A stretch of 64,000 nt of DNA, from the NCBI RefSeq assembly GCF_009914755.1, contig NC_060939.1. One strand, written 5' to 3'. The position numbers were made by a program, and so were the translations under genes. Below the pieces are notes generated by a model. That model was not told the origin of the DNA and did no database searches. It saw only the letters and a list, made by a program, of their open reading frames with translations. Of the stretch, positions 40,503-54,903 are shown piece by piece. Origin of the DNA: the human T2T-CHM13v2.0 reference genome, Homo sapiens. The first letter of the stretch is position 1. The number at the start of each line of letters is the position of its first letter.

Positions 40503-43500
40503 TTGAGTCCATTCAATTCCACTCCTTTCGTTTCCATTCCATTTGATGCCATTCCATTCAATTCTGTTCTACTCGACTCCAATACATTCAATTCCATTCC
40601 ATCCGATTCCATTACATTCTTTTCATTTCTTATCCATTTCAAGCCATTCCACTCCATTCCATTCCACTCGTTTCCTTTCCATTCGAGTCCATTCCTCTCC
40701 AGTCCATTCCATTCAATCCATTCCATTCCAGTCCATTCCATTCGAGTCCGTTCCATTCCAGTCCATTCCATTCGAGTCAATTCCATTCCATTCGATGTCT
40801 TTCCATAACGATCCATTCCCTTCTATTCCTTTCGATTCCATTCCATTCTATTTCATTCCATTCGATTCCCTTCCATTGGACTCCTTTGCATTCGAGTGCA
40901 TTCCATTCCGTTCCATTTCTTTCCGTTCTGTACGATTCCTACCGTTCGATTTCATTTTGTTCCAGTCCATTCTTTCGCGTCCATTCCATTCCATTTCACT
41001 CCATTCGATTCCATTCCACTCGATTCCACTTCGTTCCATTTCATTGCATTCCATTCTATTCAACTCTATTGCCTTCCATTCCATTCCATTCAATTACATT
41101 CCATGCGATTCCATTCGAAATCGAATCAATTACATTGCAATCCATTACTATTGAGTCCGTTTTATTCCAGTCCACTGCATTCTGGTCCATTCCATTTGAT
41201 TCCATTCCATTCTATTCCATTCCATACAGTTGCATTCCATTGGATTCCATGCTATATCTATGAATTCAATTCGAGACCATTGCTTTTGAGTCCATTCTAT
41301 ATGATTCCATTCCATTCAAGTCCATTACATTTGGTTAAATTCCATTCCATTCGGTTCAATTCCATTCCATTCCATTCCCTTCCATTCCATTCCAGTTGAT
41401 ATCAATCCATTCGATTTCATTCCATTCGAGCACATTCCATTCGAGTCCATTCCATTCGATGCCATTCCATTTGATTCTATTCCATTAGTCTCCATTCAAT
41501 TCCATTAATCTCCATTCCATTCCATTCTACTCCAACTGATTCCATTCCATTCTATTCCTTTCCATTCCATTTCATTCCATTCCATTCCATTCCATTCCAT
41601 TCCATTCCATTCGTGTCCATTCCACTCCAGTCCATTCCATTCGTATCCATTCCATTCCAGTTCATTCCATTTGTGTCCACTGCATTCCATTCCACTCCAT
41701 TCCATATTATTCCATTACACTCCATTCCATTCTATTACTTTCATTTCCATTCGATTCCATTCCATTTGATTCCATTCCACTCGGTTTCATTCCATTTGAG
41801 TCCACTCCATTCCATTCCATTCCATTCAGTTCCATTCCATTCTGTTCCATTCCATTCCGTTCCATTACATTCCATTCCATTCGGTACCATGCCATATTGT
41901 TCCATTCGATTCCATTCGAATCCATTCCATTCCAGTCCATTCCATTCGATTCCATTCCATTCATTTCATTTCCATTCCATTCCATTCCATTACATTCCAC
42001 TTGATTCCTCTCCATTCCCTTCCACTGCATTCCGTTCGATTCCATTCCATTGCATTGCATTCCATTCCATTGGATTGCATTCCATTCGATTCCATTCCAT
42101 TCGAATCAATTACATAGCAATCCATTACATTCGAGTCTATTCTCTTCCGTTCCATTCGATTTCGTTCCAATCCATTCGATTCCATTCCATTCGATTCCAT
42201 TCCATACTATTGCATTCCATTCGATTACATTATATTCGAATAAGTTCCATTCAAGACCATTTCTTTTGAGTCCATTCTATTTGAGTCCATTCCCTTTGAT
42301 TCCATAACATTTGAGTCCATTCAATTCCATTCCTTTCGTTTCCATTCCATTTGATGCCATTCCATTCAATTCTGTTCTACTCGACTCCAATACATTCAAT
42401 TCCATTCCATCCGATTCCATTACATTCTTTTCATTTCTTATCCATTTCAAGCCATTCCACTCCATTCCATTCCACTCGTTTCCTTTCCATTCGAGTCCAT
42501 TCCTCTCCAGTCCATTCCGTTCAATCCATTCCATTCCAGTCCATTCCATTCGAGTCCGTTCCATTCCAGTCCATTCCATTCGAGTCAATTCCATTCCATT
42601 CGATGTCTTTCCATAACGATCCATTCCATTCTATTCCTTTCGATTCCATTCCATTCTATTTCATTCCATTCGATTCCCTTCCATTGGACTCCTTTCCATT
42701 CGAGTGCATTCCATTCCGTTCCATTTCTTTCCGTTCTGTACGATTCCTACCGTTCGATTTCATTTTGTTCCAGTCCATTCTTTCGCGTCCATTCCATTCC
42801 ATTTCACTCCATTCGATTCCATTCCACTCGATTCCACTTCGTTCCATTTCATTGCATTCCATTCTATTCAACTCTATTGCCTTCCATTCCATTCCATTCG
42901 ATTACATTCCATGCGATTCCATTCGAAATCGAATCAATTACATTGCAATCCATTACTATTGAGTCCGTTTTATTCCAGTCCACTGCATTCTGGTCCATTC
43001 CATTTGATTCCATTCCATTCTATTCCATTCCATACAGTTGCATTCCATTGGATTCCATGCTATATCTATAAATTCAATTCGAGACCATTGCTTTTGAGTC
43101 CATTCTATATGATTCCATTCCATTCAAGTCCATTACATTTGGTTAAATTCCATTCCATTCGGTTCAATTCCATTCCATTCCATTCCCTTCCATTCCATTC
43201 CAGTTGATATCAATCCATTCGATTCCATTCCATTCGAGCACATTCCATTCGAGTCCATTCCATTCGATGCCATTCCATTTGATTCTATTCCATTAGTCTC
43301 CATTCAATTCCATTAATCTCCATTCCATTCCATTCTACTCCAACTGATTCCATTCCATTCTATTCCTTTCCATTCCATTTCATTCCATTCCATTCCATTC
43401 CATTCCATTCCATTCCATTCGTGTCCATTCCACTCCAGTCCATTCCATTCGTATCCATTCCATTCCAGTCCATTCCATTTGTGTCCACTGCATTCCATTC

Positions 43501-46500
43501 CACTCCATTCCATATTATTCCATTACACTCCATTCCATTCTATTACTTTCATTTCCATTCAATTCCATTCCATTTGATTCCATTCCACTCGGTTTCATTC
43601 CATTTGAGTCCACTCCATTCCATTCCATTCCATTCAGTTCCATTCCATTCTGTTCCATTCCATTCCGTTCCATTACATTCCATTCCATTCGGTACCATTC
43701 CATATTGTTCCATTCGATTCCATTCGAATCCATTCCATTCCAGTCCATTCCATTCGATTCCATTCCATTCATTTCAATTCCATTCCATTCCATTCCATTA
43801 CATTCCACTTGATTCCTCTCCATTCCCTTCCACTGCATTCCGTTCGATTCCATTCCATTGCATTGCATTCCATTCCATTGGATTGCATTCCATTCGATTC
43901 CATTCCATTCGAATCAATTACATAGCAATCCATTACATTCGAGTCTATTCTCTTCCGTTCCATTCGATTTCGTTCCAATCCATTCGATTCCATTCCATTC
44001 GATTCCATTCCATACTATTGCATTCCATTCGATTACATTATATTCGAATAAGTTCCATTCAAGACCATTTCTTTTGAGTCCATTCTATTTGAGTTCATTC
44101 CCTTTGATTCCATAACATTTGAGTCCATTCAATTCCATTCCTTTCGTTTCCATTCCATTTGATGCCATTCCATTCAATTCTGTTCTACTCGACTCCAATA
44201 CATTCAATTCCATTCCATCCGATTCCATTACATTCTTTTCATTTCTTATCCATTTCAAGCCATTCCACTCCATTCCATTCCACTCGTTTCCTTTCCATTC
44301 GAGTCCATTCCTCTCCAGTCCATTCCGTTCAATCCATTCCATTCCAGTCCATTCCATTCGAGTCCGTTCCATTCCAGTCCATTCCATTCGAGTCAATTCC
44401 ATTCCATTCGATGTCTTTCCATAACGATCCATTCCATTCTATTCCTTTCGATTCCATTCCATTCTATTTCATTCCATTCGATTCCCTTCCATTGGACTCC
44501 TTTCCATTCGAGTGCATTCCATTCCGTTCCATTTCTTTCCGTTCTGTACGATTCCTACCGTTCGATTTCATTTTGTTCCAGTCCATTCTTTCGCGTCCAT
44601 TCCATTCCATTTCACTCCATTCGATTCCATTCCACTCGATTCCACTTCGTTCCATTTCATTGCATTCCATTCTATTCAACTCTATTGCCTTCCATTCCAT
44701 TCCATTCGATTACATTCCATGTGATTCCATTCGAAATTGAATCAATTACATTGCAATCCATTACTATTGAGTCCGTTTTATTCCAGTCCACTGCATTCTG
44801 GTCCATTCCATTTGATTCCATTCCATTCTATTCCATTCCATACAGTTGCATTCCATTGGATTCCATGCTATATCTATAAATTCAATTCGAGACCATTGCT
44901 TTTGAGTCCATTCTATATGATTCCATTCCATTTAAGTCCATTACATTTGGTTAAATTCCATTCCATTCGGTTCAATTCCATTCCATTCCATTCCCTTCCA
45001 TTCCATTCCAGTTGATATCAATCCATTCGATTCCATTCCATTCGAGCACATTCCATTCGAGTCCATTCCATTCGATGCCATTCCATTTGATTCTATTCCA
45101 TTAGTCTCCATTCAATTCCATTAATCTCCATTCCATTCCATTCTACTCCAACTGATTCCATTCCATTCTATTCCTTTCCATTCCATTTCATTCCATTCCA
45201 TTCCATTCCATTCCATTCCATTCCATTCGTGTCCATTCCACTCCAGTCCATTCCATTCGTATCCATTCCATTCCAGTCCATTCCATTTGTGTCCACTGCA
45301 TTCCATTCCACTCCATTCCATATTATTCCATTACACTCCATTCCATTCTATTACTTTCATTTCCATTCAATTCCATTCCATTTGATTCCATTCCACTCGG
45401 TTTCATTCCATTTGAGTCCACTCCATTCCATTCCATTCCATTCAGTTCCATTCCATTCTGTTCCATTCCATTCCGTTCCATTACATTCCATTCCATTCGG
45501 TACCATTCCATATTGTTCCATTCGATTCCATTCGAATCCATTCCATTCCAGTCCATTCCATTCGATTCCATTCCATTCATTTCAATTCCATTCCATTACA
45601 TTCCATTCCATTCCACTTGATTCCTCTCCATTCCCTTCCACTGCATTCCGTTCGATTCCATTCCATTGCATTGCATTCCATTCCATTGGATTGCATTCCA
45701 TTCGATTCCATTCCATTCGAATCAATTACATAGCAATCCATTACATTCGAGTCTATTCTCTTCCGTTCCATTCGATTTCGTTCCAATCCATTCGATTCCA
45801 TTCCATTCGATTCCATTCCATACTATTGCATTCCATTCGATTACATTATATTCGAATAAGTTCCATTCAAGACCATTTCTTTTGAGTCCATTCTATTTGA
45901 GTCCATTCCCTTTGATTCCATAACATTTGAGTCCATTCAATTCCATTCCTTTCGTTTCCATTCCATTTGATGCCATTCCATTCAATTCTGTTCTACTCGA
46001 CTCCAATACATTCAATTCCATTCCATCCGATTCCATTACATTCTTTTCATTTCTTATCCATTTCAAGCCATTCCACTCCATTCCATTCCACCCGTTTCCT
46101 TTCCATTCGAGTCCATTCCTCTCCAGTCCATTCCGTTCAATCCATTCCATTCCAGTCCGTTCCATTCGAGTCCGTTCCATTCCAGTCCATTCCATTCGAG
46201 TCAATTCCATTCCATTCGATGTCTTTCCATAACGATCCATTCCATTCTATTCCTTTCGATTCCATTCCATTCTATTTCATTCCATTCGATTCCCTTCCAT
46301 TGGACTCCTTTCCATTCGAGTGCATTCCATTCCGTTCCATTTCTTTCCGTTCTGTACGATTCCTACCGTTCGATTTCATTTTGTTCCAGTCCATTCTTTC
46401 GCGTCCATTCCATTCCATTTCACTCCATTCGATTCCATTCCACTCGATTCCACTTCGTTCCATTTCATTGCATTCCATTCTATTCAACTCTATTGCCTTC

Positions 46501-49500
46501 CATTCCATTCCATTTGATTACATTCCATGCGATTCCATTCGAAATCGAATCAATTACATTGCAATCCATTACTATTGAGTCCGTTTTATTCCAGTCCACT
46601 GAATTCTGGTCCAATCCATTTGATTCCATTCCATTCTATTCCATTCCATACAGTTGCATTCCATTGGATTCCATGCTATATCTATAAATTCAATTCGAGA
46701 CCATTGCTTTTGAGTCCATTCTATATGATTCCATTCCATTCAAGTCCATTACATTTGGTTAAATTCCATTCCATTCGCTTCAATTCCATTCCATTCCATT
46801 CCCTTCCATTCCATTCCAGTTGATATCAATCCATTCGATTCCATTCCATTCGAGCACATTCCATTCGAGTCCATTCCATTCGATGCCATTCCATTTGATT
46901 CTATTCCATTAGTCTCCATTCAATTCCATTAATCTCCATTCCATTCCATTCTACTCCAACTGATTCCATTCCATTCTATTCATTTCCATTCCATTTCATT
47001 CCATTCCATTCCATTCCATTCCATTCCATTCGTGTCCATTCCACTCCAGTCCATTCCATTCGTATCCATTCCATTCCAGTCCATTCCATTTGTGTCCACT
47101 GCATTCCATTCCACTCCATTCCATATTATTCCATTACACTCCATTCCATTCTATTACTTTCATTTCCATTCAATTCCATTCCATTTGATTCCATTCCACT
47201 CGGTTTCATTCCATTTGAGTCCACTCCATTCCATTCCATTCCATTCAGTTCCATTCCATTCTGTTCCATTCCATTCCGTTCCATTACATTCCATTCCATT
47301 CGGTACCATTCCATATTGTTCCATTCGATTCCATTCGAATCCATTCCATTCCAGTCCATTCCATTCGATTCCATTCCATTCATTTCAATTCCATTCCATT
47401 CCATTCCATTCCATTCCACTTGATTCCTCTCCATTCCCTTCCACTGCATTCCGTTCGATTCCATTCCATTGCATTGCATTCCATTCCATTGGATTGCATT
47501 CCATTCGATTCCATTCCATTCGAATCAATTACATAGCAATCCATTACATTCGAGTCTATTCTCTTCCGTTCCATTCGATTTCGTTCCAATCCATTCGATT
47601 CCATTCCATTCGATTCCATTCCATACTATTGCATTCCATTCGATTACATTATATTCGAATAAGTTCCATTCAAGACCATTTCTTTTGAGTCCATTCTATT
47701 TGAGTCCATTCCCTTTGATTCCATAACATTTGAGTCCATTCAATTCCATTCCTTTCGTTTCCATTCCATTTGATGCCATTCCATTCAATTCTGTTCTACT
47801 CGACTCCAATACATTCAATTCCATTCCATCCGATTCCATTACATTCTTTTCATTTCTTATCCATTTCAAGCCATTCCACTCCATTCCATTCCACTCGTTT
47901 CCTTTCCATTCGAGTCCATTCCTCTCCAGTCCATTCCGTTCAATCCATTCCATTCCAGTCCATTCCATTCGAGTCCGTTCCATTCCAGTCCATTCCATTC
48001 GAGTCAATTCCATTCCATTCGATGTCTTTCCATAACGATCCATTCCATTCTATTCCTTTCGATTCCATTCCATTCTATTTCATTCCATTCGATTCCCTTC
48101 CATTGGACTCCTTTCCATTCGAGTGCATTCCATTCCGTTCCATTTCTTTCCGTTCTGTACGATTCCTACCGTTCGATTTCATTTTGTTCCAGTCCATTCT
48201 TTCGCGTCCATTCCATTCCATTTCACTCCATTCGATTCCATTCCACTCGATTCCACTTCGTTCCATTTCATTGCATTCCATTCTATTCAACTCTATTGCC
48301 TTCCATTCCATTCCATTCGATTACATTCCATGCGATTCCATTCGAAATCGAATCAATTACATTGCAATCCATTACTATTGAGTCCGTTTTATTCCAGTCC
48401 ACTGCATTCTGGTCCATTCCATTTGATTCCATTCCATTCTATTCCATTCCATACAGTTGCATTCCATTGGATTCCATTGTATATCTATAAATTCAATTCG
48501 AGACCATTGCTTTTGAGTCCATTCTATATGATTCCATTCCATTCAAGTCCATTACATTTGGTTAAATTCCATTCCATTCGGTTCAATTCCATTCCATTCC
48601 ATTCCCTTCCATTCCATTCCAGTTGATATCAATCCATTCGATTCCATTCCATTCGAGCACATTCCATTCGAGTCCATTCCATTCGATGCCATTCCATTTG
48701 ATTCTATTCCATTAGTCTCCATTCAATTCCATTAATCTCCATTCCATTCCATTCTACTCCAACTGATTCCATTCCATTCTATTCCTTTCCATTCCATTTC
48801 ATTCCATTCCATTCCATTCCATTCCATTCCATTCCATTCGTGTCCATTCCACTCCAGTCCATTCCATTCGTATCCATTCCATTCCAGTCCATTCCATTTG
48901 TGTCCACTGCATTCCATTCCACTCCATTCCATATTATTCCATTACACTCCATTCCATTCTATTACTTTCATTTCCATTCAATTCCATTCCATTTGATTCC
49001 ATTCCACTCGGTTTCATTCCATTTGAGTCCACTCCATTCCATTCCATTCCATTCAGTTCCATTCCATTCTGTTCCATTCCATTCCGTTCCATTACATTCC
49101 ATTCCATTCGGTACCATTCCATATTGTTCCATTCGATTCCATTCGAATCCATTCCATTCCAGTCCATTCCATTCGATTCCATTCCATTCCTTTCAATTCC
49201 ATTCCATTCCATTCCATTACATTCCACTTGATTCCTCTCCATTCCCTTCCACTGCATTCCGTTCGATTCCATTCCATTGCATTGCATTCCATTCCATTGG
49301 ATTGCATTCCATTCGATTCCATTCCATTCGAATCAATTACATAGCAATCCATTACATTCGAGTCTATTCTCTTCCGTTCCATTCGATTTCGTTCCAATCC
49401 ATTCGATTCCATTCCATTCGATTCCATTCCATACTATTGCATTCCATTCGATTACATTATATTCGAATAAGTTCCATTCAAGACCATTTCTTTTGAGTCC

Positions 49501-51345
49501 ATTCTATTTGAGTCCATTCCCTTTGATTCCATAACATTTGAGTCCATTCAATTCCATTCCTTTCGTTTCCATTCCATTTGATGCCATTCCATTCAATTCT
49601 GTTCTACTCGACTCCAATACATTCAATTCCATTCCATCCGATTCCATTACATTCTTTTCATTTCTTATCCATTTCAAGCCATTCCACTCCATTCCATTCC
49701 ACTCGTTTCCTTTCCATTCGAGTCCATTCCTCTCCAGTCCATTCCGTTCAATCCATTCCATTCCAGTCCATTCCATTCGAGTCCGTTCCATTCCAGTCCA
49801 TTCCATTCGAGTCAATTCCATTCCATTCGATGTCTTTCCATAACGATCCATTCCATTCTATTCCTTTCGATTCCATTCCATTCTATTTCATTCCATTCGA
49901 TTCCCTTCCATTGGACTCCTTTCCATTCGAGTGCATTCCATTCCGTTCCATTTCTTTCCGTTCTGTACGATTCCTACCGTTCGATTTCATTTTGTTCCAG
50001 TCCATTCTTTCGCGTCCATTCCATTCCATTTCACTCCATTCGATTCCATTCCACTCGATTCCACTTCGTTCCATTTCATTGCATTCCATTCTATTCAACT
50101 CTATTGCCTTCCATTCCATTCCATTCGATTACATTCCATGCGATTCCATTCGAAATCGAATCAATTACATTGCAATCCATTACTATTGAGTCCGTTTTAT
50201 TCCAGTCCACTGCATTCTGGTCCATTCCATTTGATTCCATTCCATTCTATTCCATTCCATACAGTTGCATTCCATTGGATTCCATTGTATATCTATAAAT
50301 TCAATTCGAGACCATTGCTTTTGAGTCCATTCTATATGATTCCATTCCATTCAAGTCCATTACATTTGGTTAAATTCCATTCCATTCGGTTCAATTCCAT
50401 TCCATTCCATTCCCTTCCATTCCATTCCAGTTGATATCAATCCATTCGATTCCATTCCATTCGAGCACATTCCATTCGAGTCCATTCCATTCGATGCCAT
50501 TCCATTTGATTCTATTCCATTAGTCTCCATTCAATTCCATTAATCTCCATTCCATTCCATTCTACTCCAACTGATTCCATTCCATTCTATTCCTTTCCAT
50601 TCCATTTCATTCCATTCCATTCCATTCCATTCCATTCCATTCCATTCGTGTCCATTCCACTCCAGTCCATTCCATTCGTATCCATTCCATTCCAGTCCAT
50701 TCCATTTGTGTCCACTGCATTCCATTCCACTCCATTCCATATTATTCCATTACACTCCATTCCATTCTATTACTTTCATTTCCATTCAATTCCATTCCAT
50801 TTGATTCCATTCCACTCGGTTTCATTCCATTTGAGTCCACTCCATTCCATTCCATTCCATTCAGTTCCATTCCATTCTGTTCCATTCCATTCCGTTCCAT
50901 TACATTCCATTCCATTCGGTACCATTCCATATTGTTCCATTCGATTCCATTCGAATCCATTCCATTCCAGTCCATTCCATTCGATTCCATTCCATTCCTT
51001 TCAATTCCATTCCATTCCATTCCATTACATTCCACTTGATTCCTCTCCATTCCCTTCCACTGCATTCCGTTCGATTCCATTCCATTGCATTGCATTCCAT
51101 TCCATTGGATTGCATTCCATTCGATTCCATTCCATTCGAATCAATTACATAGCAATCCATTACATTCGAGTCTATTCTCTTCCGTTCCATTCGATTTCGT
51201 TCCAATCCATTCGATTCCATTCCATTCGATTCCATTCCATACTATTGCATTCCATTCGATTACATTATATTCGAATAAGTTCCATTCAAGACCATTTCTT
51301 TTGAGTCCATTCTATTTGAGTCCATTCCCTTTGATTCCATAACAT

Positions 51346-54300
51346 TTGAGTCCATTCAATTCCATTCCTTTCGTTTCCATTCCATTTGATGCCATTCCAT
51401 TCAATTCTGTTCTACTCGACTCCAATACATTCAATTCCATTCCATCCAATTCCATTACATGCTTTTCATTTCTTATCCATTTCAAGCCATTCCACTCCAT
51501 TCCATTCCACTCGTTTCCTTTCCATTCGAGTCCATTCCTCTCCAGTCCATTCCGTTCAATCCATTCCATTCCAGTCCGTTCCATTCGAGTCCGTTCCATT
51601 CCAGTCCATTCCATTCGAGTCAATTCCATTCCATTCGATGTCTTTCCATAACGATCCATTCCATTCTATTCCTTTCGATTCCATTCCATTCTATTTCATT
51701 CCATTCGATTCCCTTCCATTGGACTCCTTTCCATTCGAGTGCATTCCATTCCGTTCCATTTCTTTCCGTTCTGTACGTTTCATACCGTTCGATTTCATTT
51801 TGTTCCAGTCCATTCCTTTCGCGTCCATTCCATTCCATTTCACTCCATTCGATTCCATTCCACTCGATTCCACTTCGTTCCATTTCATTGCATTCCATTC
51901 TATTCAACTCTATTGCCTTCCATTCCATTCCATTCGATTACATTCCATGCGATTCCATTCGAAATCGAATCAATTACATTGCAAACCATTACTATTGAGT
52001 CCGTTTTATTCCAGTCCACTGCATTCTAGTCCATTCCATTTGATTCCATTCCATTCTATTCCATTCCAAACAGTTGCATTCCATTGGATTCCATGCTATA
52101 TCTATAAATTCAATTCGAGACCATTGCTTTTGAGTCCATTCTATATGATTCCATTCCATTCAAGTCCATTACATTTGGTTCAATTCCATTCCATTCCATT
52201 CCCTTTCATTCCATTCCATTTGATATCAATCCATTCGATTCCATTCCATTCGAGCACATTCCATTCGAGTCCATTCCATTCGATGCCATTCCATTTGATT
52301 CTATTCCATTAGTCTCCATTCAATTCCATTAATCTCCATTCCATTCCATTCTACTCTAACTAATTCCATTCCATTCTATTCCTTTCCATTCCATTTCATT
52401 CCATTCCATTCCATTTCATTCCATTCCATTCCATTCGTGTCCATTCCACTCCAGTCCATTCCATTCGTGTCCATTCCATTCCAGTCCATTCCATTTGTGT
52501 CCACTGCATTCCATTCCACTCCATTCCATATTATTCCATTACACTCCATTCCATTCTATTACTTTCATTTCCATTCAATTCCATTCCATTTGATTCCATT
52601 CCACTCGGTTTCATTCCATTTGAGTCCACTCCATTCCATTCCATTAAATTCCATTCTGTTCCATTCCATTCCGTTCCATTACATTCCATTCCATTCGGTA
52701 CCATTCCATATTGTTCCATTCGATTCCATTCGAATCCATTCCATTCCAGTCCATTCCATTCGATTCCATTCCATTCATTTCAATTCCATTCCATTACATT
52801 CCATTCCATTCCACTTGATTCCTCTCCATTCCCTTCCACTGCATTCCGTTCGATTCCATTCCATTGCATTGCATTCCATTCAATTGGATTGCATTCCATT
52901 CGATTCCATTCCATTCGAATCAATTACATAGCAATCCATTACATTCGAGTCTATTCTCTTCCGTTCCATTCGATTTCGTTCCAATCCATTCGATTCCATT
53001 CCATTCGATTCCATTCAATACTATTGCATTCCATTCGATTACATTATATTCGAATAAGTTCCATTCAAGACCATTTCTTTTGAGTCCATTCTATTTGAGT
53101 CCATTCCCTTTGATTCCATAACATTTGAGTCCATTCAATTCCATTCCTTTCGTTTCCATTCCATTTGATGCCATTCCATTCAATTCTGTTCTACTCGACT
53201 CCAATACATTCAATTCCATTCCATCCGATTCCATTACATTCTTTTCATTTCTTATCCATTTCAAGCCATTCCACTCCATTCCATTCCACTCGTTTCCTTT
53301 CCATTCGAGTCCATTCCTCTCCAGTCCATTCCGTTCAATCCATTCCATTCCAGTCCGTTCCATTCGAGTCCGTTCCATTCCAGTCCATTCCATTCGAGTC
53401 AATTCCATTCCATTCGATGTCTTTCCATAACGATCCATTCCATTCTATTCCTTTCGATTCCATTCCATTCTATTTCATTCCATTCGATTCCCTTCCATTG
53501 GACTCCTTTCCATTCGAGTGCATTCCATTCCGTTCCATTTCTTTCCGTTCTGTACGTTTCATACCGTTCGATTTCATTTTGTTCCAGTCCATTCCTTTCG
53601 CGTCCATTCCATTCCATTTCACTCCATTCGATTCCATTCCACTCGATTCCACTTCGTTCCATTTCATTGCATTCCATTCTATTCAACTCTATTGCCTTCC
53701 ATTCCATTCCATTCGATTACATTCCATGCGATTCCATTCGAAATCGAATCAATTACATTGCAAACCATTACTATTGAGTCCGTTTTATTCCAGTCCACTG
53801 CATTCTAGTCCATTCCATTTGATTCCATTCCATTCTATTCCATTCCAAACAGTTGCATTCCATTGGATTCCATGCTATATCTATAAATTCAATTCGAGAC
53901 CATTGCTTTTGAGTCCATTCTATATGATTCCATTCCATTCAAGTCCATTACATTTGGTTCAATTCCATTCCATTCCATTCCCTTTCATTCCATTCCATTT
54001 GATATCAATCCATTCGATTCCATTCCATTCGAGCACATTCCATTCGAGTCCATTCCATTCGATGCCATTCCATTTGATTCTATTCCATTAGTCTCCATTC
54101 AATTCCATTAATCTCCATTCCATTCCATTCTACTCTAACTAATTCCATTCCATTCTATTCCTTTCCATTCCATTTCATTCCATTCCATTCCATTTCATTC
54201 CATTCCATTCCATTCGTGTCCATTCCACTCCAGTCCATTCCATTCGTGTCCATTCCATTCCAGTCCATTCCATTTGTGTCCACTGCATTCCATTCCACTC

Positions 54301-54903
54301 CATTCCATATTATTCCATTACACTCCATTCCATTCTATTACTTTCATTTCCATTCAATTCCATTCCATTTGATTCCATTCCACTCGGTTTCATTCCATTT
54401 GAGTCCACTCCATTCCATTCCATTAAATTCCATTCTGTTCCATTCCATTCCGTTCCATTACATTCCATTCCATTCGGTACCATTCCATATTGTTCCATTC
54501 GATTCCATTCGAATCCATTCCATTCCAGTCCATTCCATTCGATTCCATTCCATTCATTTCAATTCCATTCCATTACATTCCATTCCATTCCACTTGATTC
54601 CTCTCCATTCCCTTCCACTGCATTCCGTTCGATTCCATTCCATTGCATTGCATTCCATTCAATTGGATTGCATTCCATTCGATTCCATTCCATTCGAATC
54701 AATTACATAGCAATCCATTACATTCGAGTCTATTCTCTTCCGTTCCATTCGATTTCGTTCCAATCCATTCGATTCCATTCCATTCGATTCCATTCAATAC
54801 TATTGCATTCCATTCGATTACATTATATTCGAATAAGTTCCATTCAAGACCATTTCTTTTGAGTCCATTCTATTTGAGTCCATTCCCTTTGATTCCATAA
54901 CAT
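51346..54903 (+). repeat. Two tandem type-B' units (1779 bp each)
   Basis: Both have +C, GCAAACC and the 20-bp deletion as in B. Both also carry GTACGTTTCATACC, CATTCTAGTCC, CCAAACAGTT, CTCTAACTAATT and CCATTAAATTCC. Confidence 0.9.
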
